Source: Eledone cirrhosa
Taxonomy: Eukaryota
Assembly (NCBI GenBank): GCA_964016885.1
Contig: OZ024741.1
Coordinates: forward strand, 408,890,001-408,954,000
Length of the DNA stretch: 64,000 nt
Direction of reading: 5' to 3'
This document shows positions 61,701-64,000 of the stretch, piece after piece. The notes beneath the pieces were generated by a model, which saw only the letters and a program-made list of their open reading frames with translations, ran no database searches and had not been told where the DNA came from. The translations under genes and the position numbers were made by a program. Each line of letters starts with the position of its first letter. Position 1 is the stretch's first letter.

Positions 61701-64000
61701 ATTTTAAAAGGAAGACTGTGTACCTATTTTAAAAGGGAGACTATGTACCTATTTTAAAAGGAAGACTTACCTATTTTAAAAGGAAGACTGTGTACCTATC
61801 TTAAAAGGAAGATTGTACCTATTTTAAAAGGAAGACTGTACCTATTTTAAAAGGAAGACTGTACCTATTTTAAAAAAGAGACTGTGTACCTATTTTAAAA
61901 GGAAGGCTGTACCTATTTTAAAAGGGAGACTGTGTTCCTATTTTAAAAGGAAGACCGTACCTATGTTAAAAGGGAGACTGTGTAGCTATTTTAAAAGGAA
62001 GTCTGTGTACCTATTTTAAAAGGGAGACTGTGTACCTATTTTAAAAGGAAGACTGTACCTATTTTAAAAGGGAGACTGTTTAATTATTTTAAAAGGGAGA
62101 CTGTGTACCTATTTTAAAAGGAAGACTGTACCTATTTTAAAAGGGAGACTCTGTACCTATTTTAAAAGGAAGACTGTACCTATTTTAAAAGGGAGACAGT
62201 GTACCTATTTTAAAAGGAAGACTGTGTACCTATTTTAAAAGGAAGACTGTACCTATTTTAAAAGGAAGACTACCTATTTTAAAATAAGACTGTGTACCTA
62301 TTTTAAAAGGAAGACTGTGTACCTATTTTAAAAGGAAGACTGTGCCTATTTTAAAAGGGAGACTGTACCTATTTTAAAAGGAAGACTGTGTACCTATTTT
62401 AAAAGGAAGACTGTGTACCTATTTAAAAAAAAGACTGTATCTATTTTAAAATGAAGACTGTACCTATTTAAAAAAAAAGATTGTGTACCTATTTTAAAAG
62501 GAAGACTGTACCTATTTTAAAAGGAAGCCTGTACCTATTTTAAAAGGGAGACTCTGTACCTATTTTAAAAGGAAGACTGTACCTATGTTAAAAGGGAGAC
62601 TGTGTACCTATTTTAAAAGGAAGCATGTACCTTTTTAAAAGGGAGACAGTGTACCTGTTTTAAAAGGAAGACTGTACCTATTTTAAAAGGAAGACTACCT
62701 ATTTTAAAATAAGACAGTATTTGAAAAGGAAGACTGTACCTATTTTAAAAGGGAGACTGTACCTATTTTAAAAGGAAGACTGTGTACCTATTTTAAAAGG
62801 AAGACTGTACCTATTTTAAAAGGGAGACTGTGTACCTATTTTAAAACAAAGAATGTACCTATTTTAAAAGGAAGACTGTACCTATTTTAAAAGGAAGACT
62901 GTACCTATTTTAAAAGGAAGACTGTGTACCTATTTTAAAAGGGAGACTGTACCTATTTTAAAAGGAAGACTGTACCTATTTTAAAAGGAAGACTGTGTAC
63001 CTATTTTAAAAGGGAGACTGTACCTATTTTAAAAGGAAGACTGTACCTATTTTAAAAGGAAGACTGTACCTATTTTAAAAGGAAGATTGTGTACCTATTT
63101 TAAAAGGGAGACTGTACCTATTTTAAAAGGGCGACTATACCTATTTTCAAAGGGAGACTTACCTATTTTAAAAGGGAGACTGTGTACCTATTTTAAAAGG
63201 AAGACTGTACCTATTTTAAAAGGAAGACTGTGTACCTATTTTAAAAGGAAGACTGTACCTATTTTAAAAGGAAGACTGTACCTATTTTAAAAGGAAGACT
63301 GTACCTATTTTAAAAGGAAGATTGTGTACCTATTTTAAAAGGGAGACTGTACCTATTTTAAAAGGAAGACTGTACCTATTTTAAAAGGAAGACTGTACCT
63401 ATTTTAAAAGGAAGATTGTGTACCTATTTTAAAAGGGACACTGTAACTATTTTAAAAAGAAGTCTGTACTTATTTTAAAAGGAAGACTGTACCTATTTTA
63501 AAAGGAAGACAGTGTACCTGTTTTAAAAGGGACACTGTGTACCTATTTTAAAAGGGAGACTGTGAACCTATTTTAAAAGGAAGACTGTGTACCTATTTTA
63601 AAAGGGAGACCGTACCTATTTTAAAAGGAAGACTGTGTACGTATTTTAAAAGGGAGGCTGTACCTATTTAAAAAAGAAGACTGTACCTATTTTAAAAGGA
63701 AAACTCTACATATTTGAAAAGAAAGACTGTGTACCTATTTTAAAAGGGAGACTGCACCTATTTTAAAAGGGAGACTGTACCTATTTTAAAAGGAAGACTT
63801 ACCTATTTTAAAAGGGAGACTGTACCTATTTTAAAAGGAAGACTCTACCTATTTTAAAAGGGAGACTGTGTACCTATTTTAAAAGGAAGACTGTGTAGCT
63901 ATTTTAAAAGGGAGACTGTGTACCTATTTTGAAAGGAAGACTGTGTACCTATTTTAAAAGGGAGACTGTACCTATATTAAAAGGAAGACTGTGTACCTAT
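58791..64000 (+). repeat. Copy C: third copy of 42137-47346 (offset 16,654), truncated by the window end
   Basis: ORFs 46433/63087 are offset by 16654. It contains the GGAAGGCTGTTCC and GACGGTACC variants that are present in copy A but missing from copy B. Confidence 0.9.

Larger units (their letters stand above)
1..64000 (+). repeat. Tandem satellite array of 23/25-bp monomers, consensus GG(A/G)AGACT(GT)1-2ACCTATTTTAAAA, apparently extending beyond both window edges
   Basis: Monomer starts read directly at 3, 28 and 51 (25 bp then 23 bp). The same motif continues in one orientation to 64000 with no unique sequence, spacer or inversion seen. Confidence 0.99.

Noticed and set aside
6610-63290. 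All 18 short + strand ORFs (64-77 aa, ILKGRLCTYFKRKTVP-like repeats)
   Set aside because: These are translations of the satellite. Every monomer has TAA in TTTTAAAA, and frames stay open only where 23/25 alternation (48 bp = 16 codons) or A-run variants skip it. Many starts are GTG/TTG variants, there is no ribosome-binding or promoter context, and they recur only because the DNA is duplicated.
1-64000. CRISPR array (23-25 bp partly palindromic repeats)
   Set aside because: Repeats abut directly with no unique spacers, and no leader or cas genes are present.
1-64000. Telomerase-made long telomeric repeat (23-25 bp units as in Candida/Kluyveromyces)
   Set aside because: Only the unit length is similar. 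The sequence does not resemble those repeats, lacks a clear G/T-rich strand, and shows inherited multi-kb duplications of rare variants, which indicates recombinational rather than templated synthesis. A subtelomeric location is not excluded.
1-64000. Rolling-circle or sequencing concatemer artefact, or synthetic construct (many BbsI/BsmAI sites)
   Set aside because: Variants are inherited in nested, hierarchically diverged blocks, which fits evolutionary history rather than random error or design. The enzyme sites are incidental to the monomer.
1-64000. Plasmid iterons or an array of transposon ends
   Set aside because: There is no rep gene, transposase, terminal inverted repeat or target-site duplication, and the copy number is far beyond iteron arrays.
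1-64000. Single fixed-period higher-order repeat
   Set aside because: Observed offsets (772, 1185, 1515, 3039, 3199, 3801, 7668, 11932, 16654) are not multiples of a common unit.

Overview
The entire 64 kb window is one uninterrupted head-to-tail tandem satellite array, about 31-33% GC as estimated from the consensus monomers, with all monomers in the same orientation. The consensus is GG(A/G)AGACT(GT)nACCTATTTTAAAA, where n=1 gives 23 bp, n=2 gives 25 bp and n=0 (rare) gives 21 bp, for roughly 2,600-2,700 monomers. I find no credible protein gene, RNA gene, CRISPR array, transposon or unique flanking DNA; all listed ORFs are translation artefacts of the repeat. The real structure lies in the order of monomer variants. 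There is an irregular four-type monomer code (GGA/GGG x 23/25 bp), a recurrent cassette of ordered variant monomers, and nested segmental duplications with offsets of about 0.77, 0.8, 1.2, 1.5, 3.0, 3.2, 3.8, 7.67, 11.93/10.24 and 16.65 kb whose order of events can be partly reconstructed. One recurrent variant monomer has clustered substitutions that perfect a 6-bp inverted repeat, which suggests template-switch mutagenesis. Eukaryotic heterochromatic, centromeric or subtelomeric satellite is an inference from array size and organisation; I do not recognise the family or organism. Breakpoints were read by eye from diagnostic variants and ORF-track offsets, so they are approximate.
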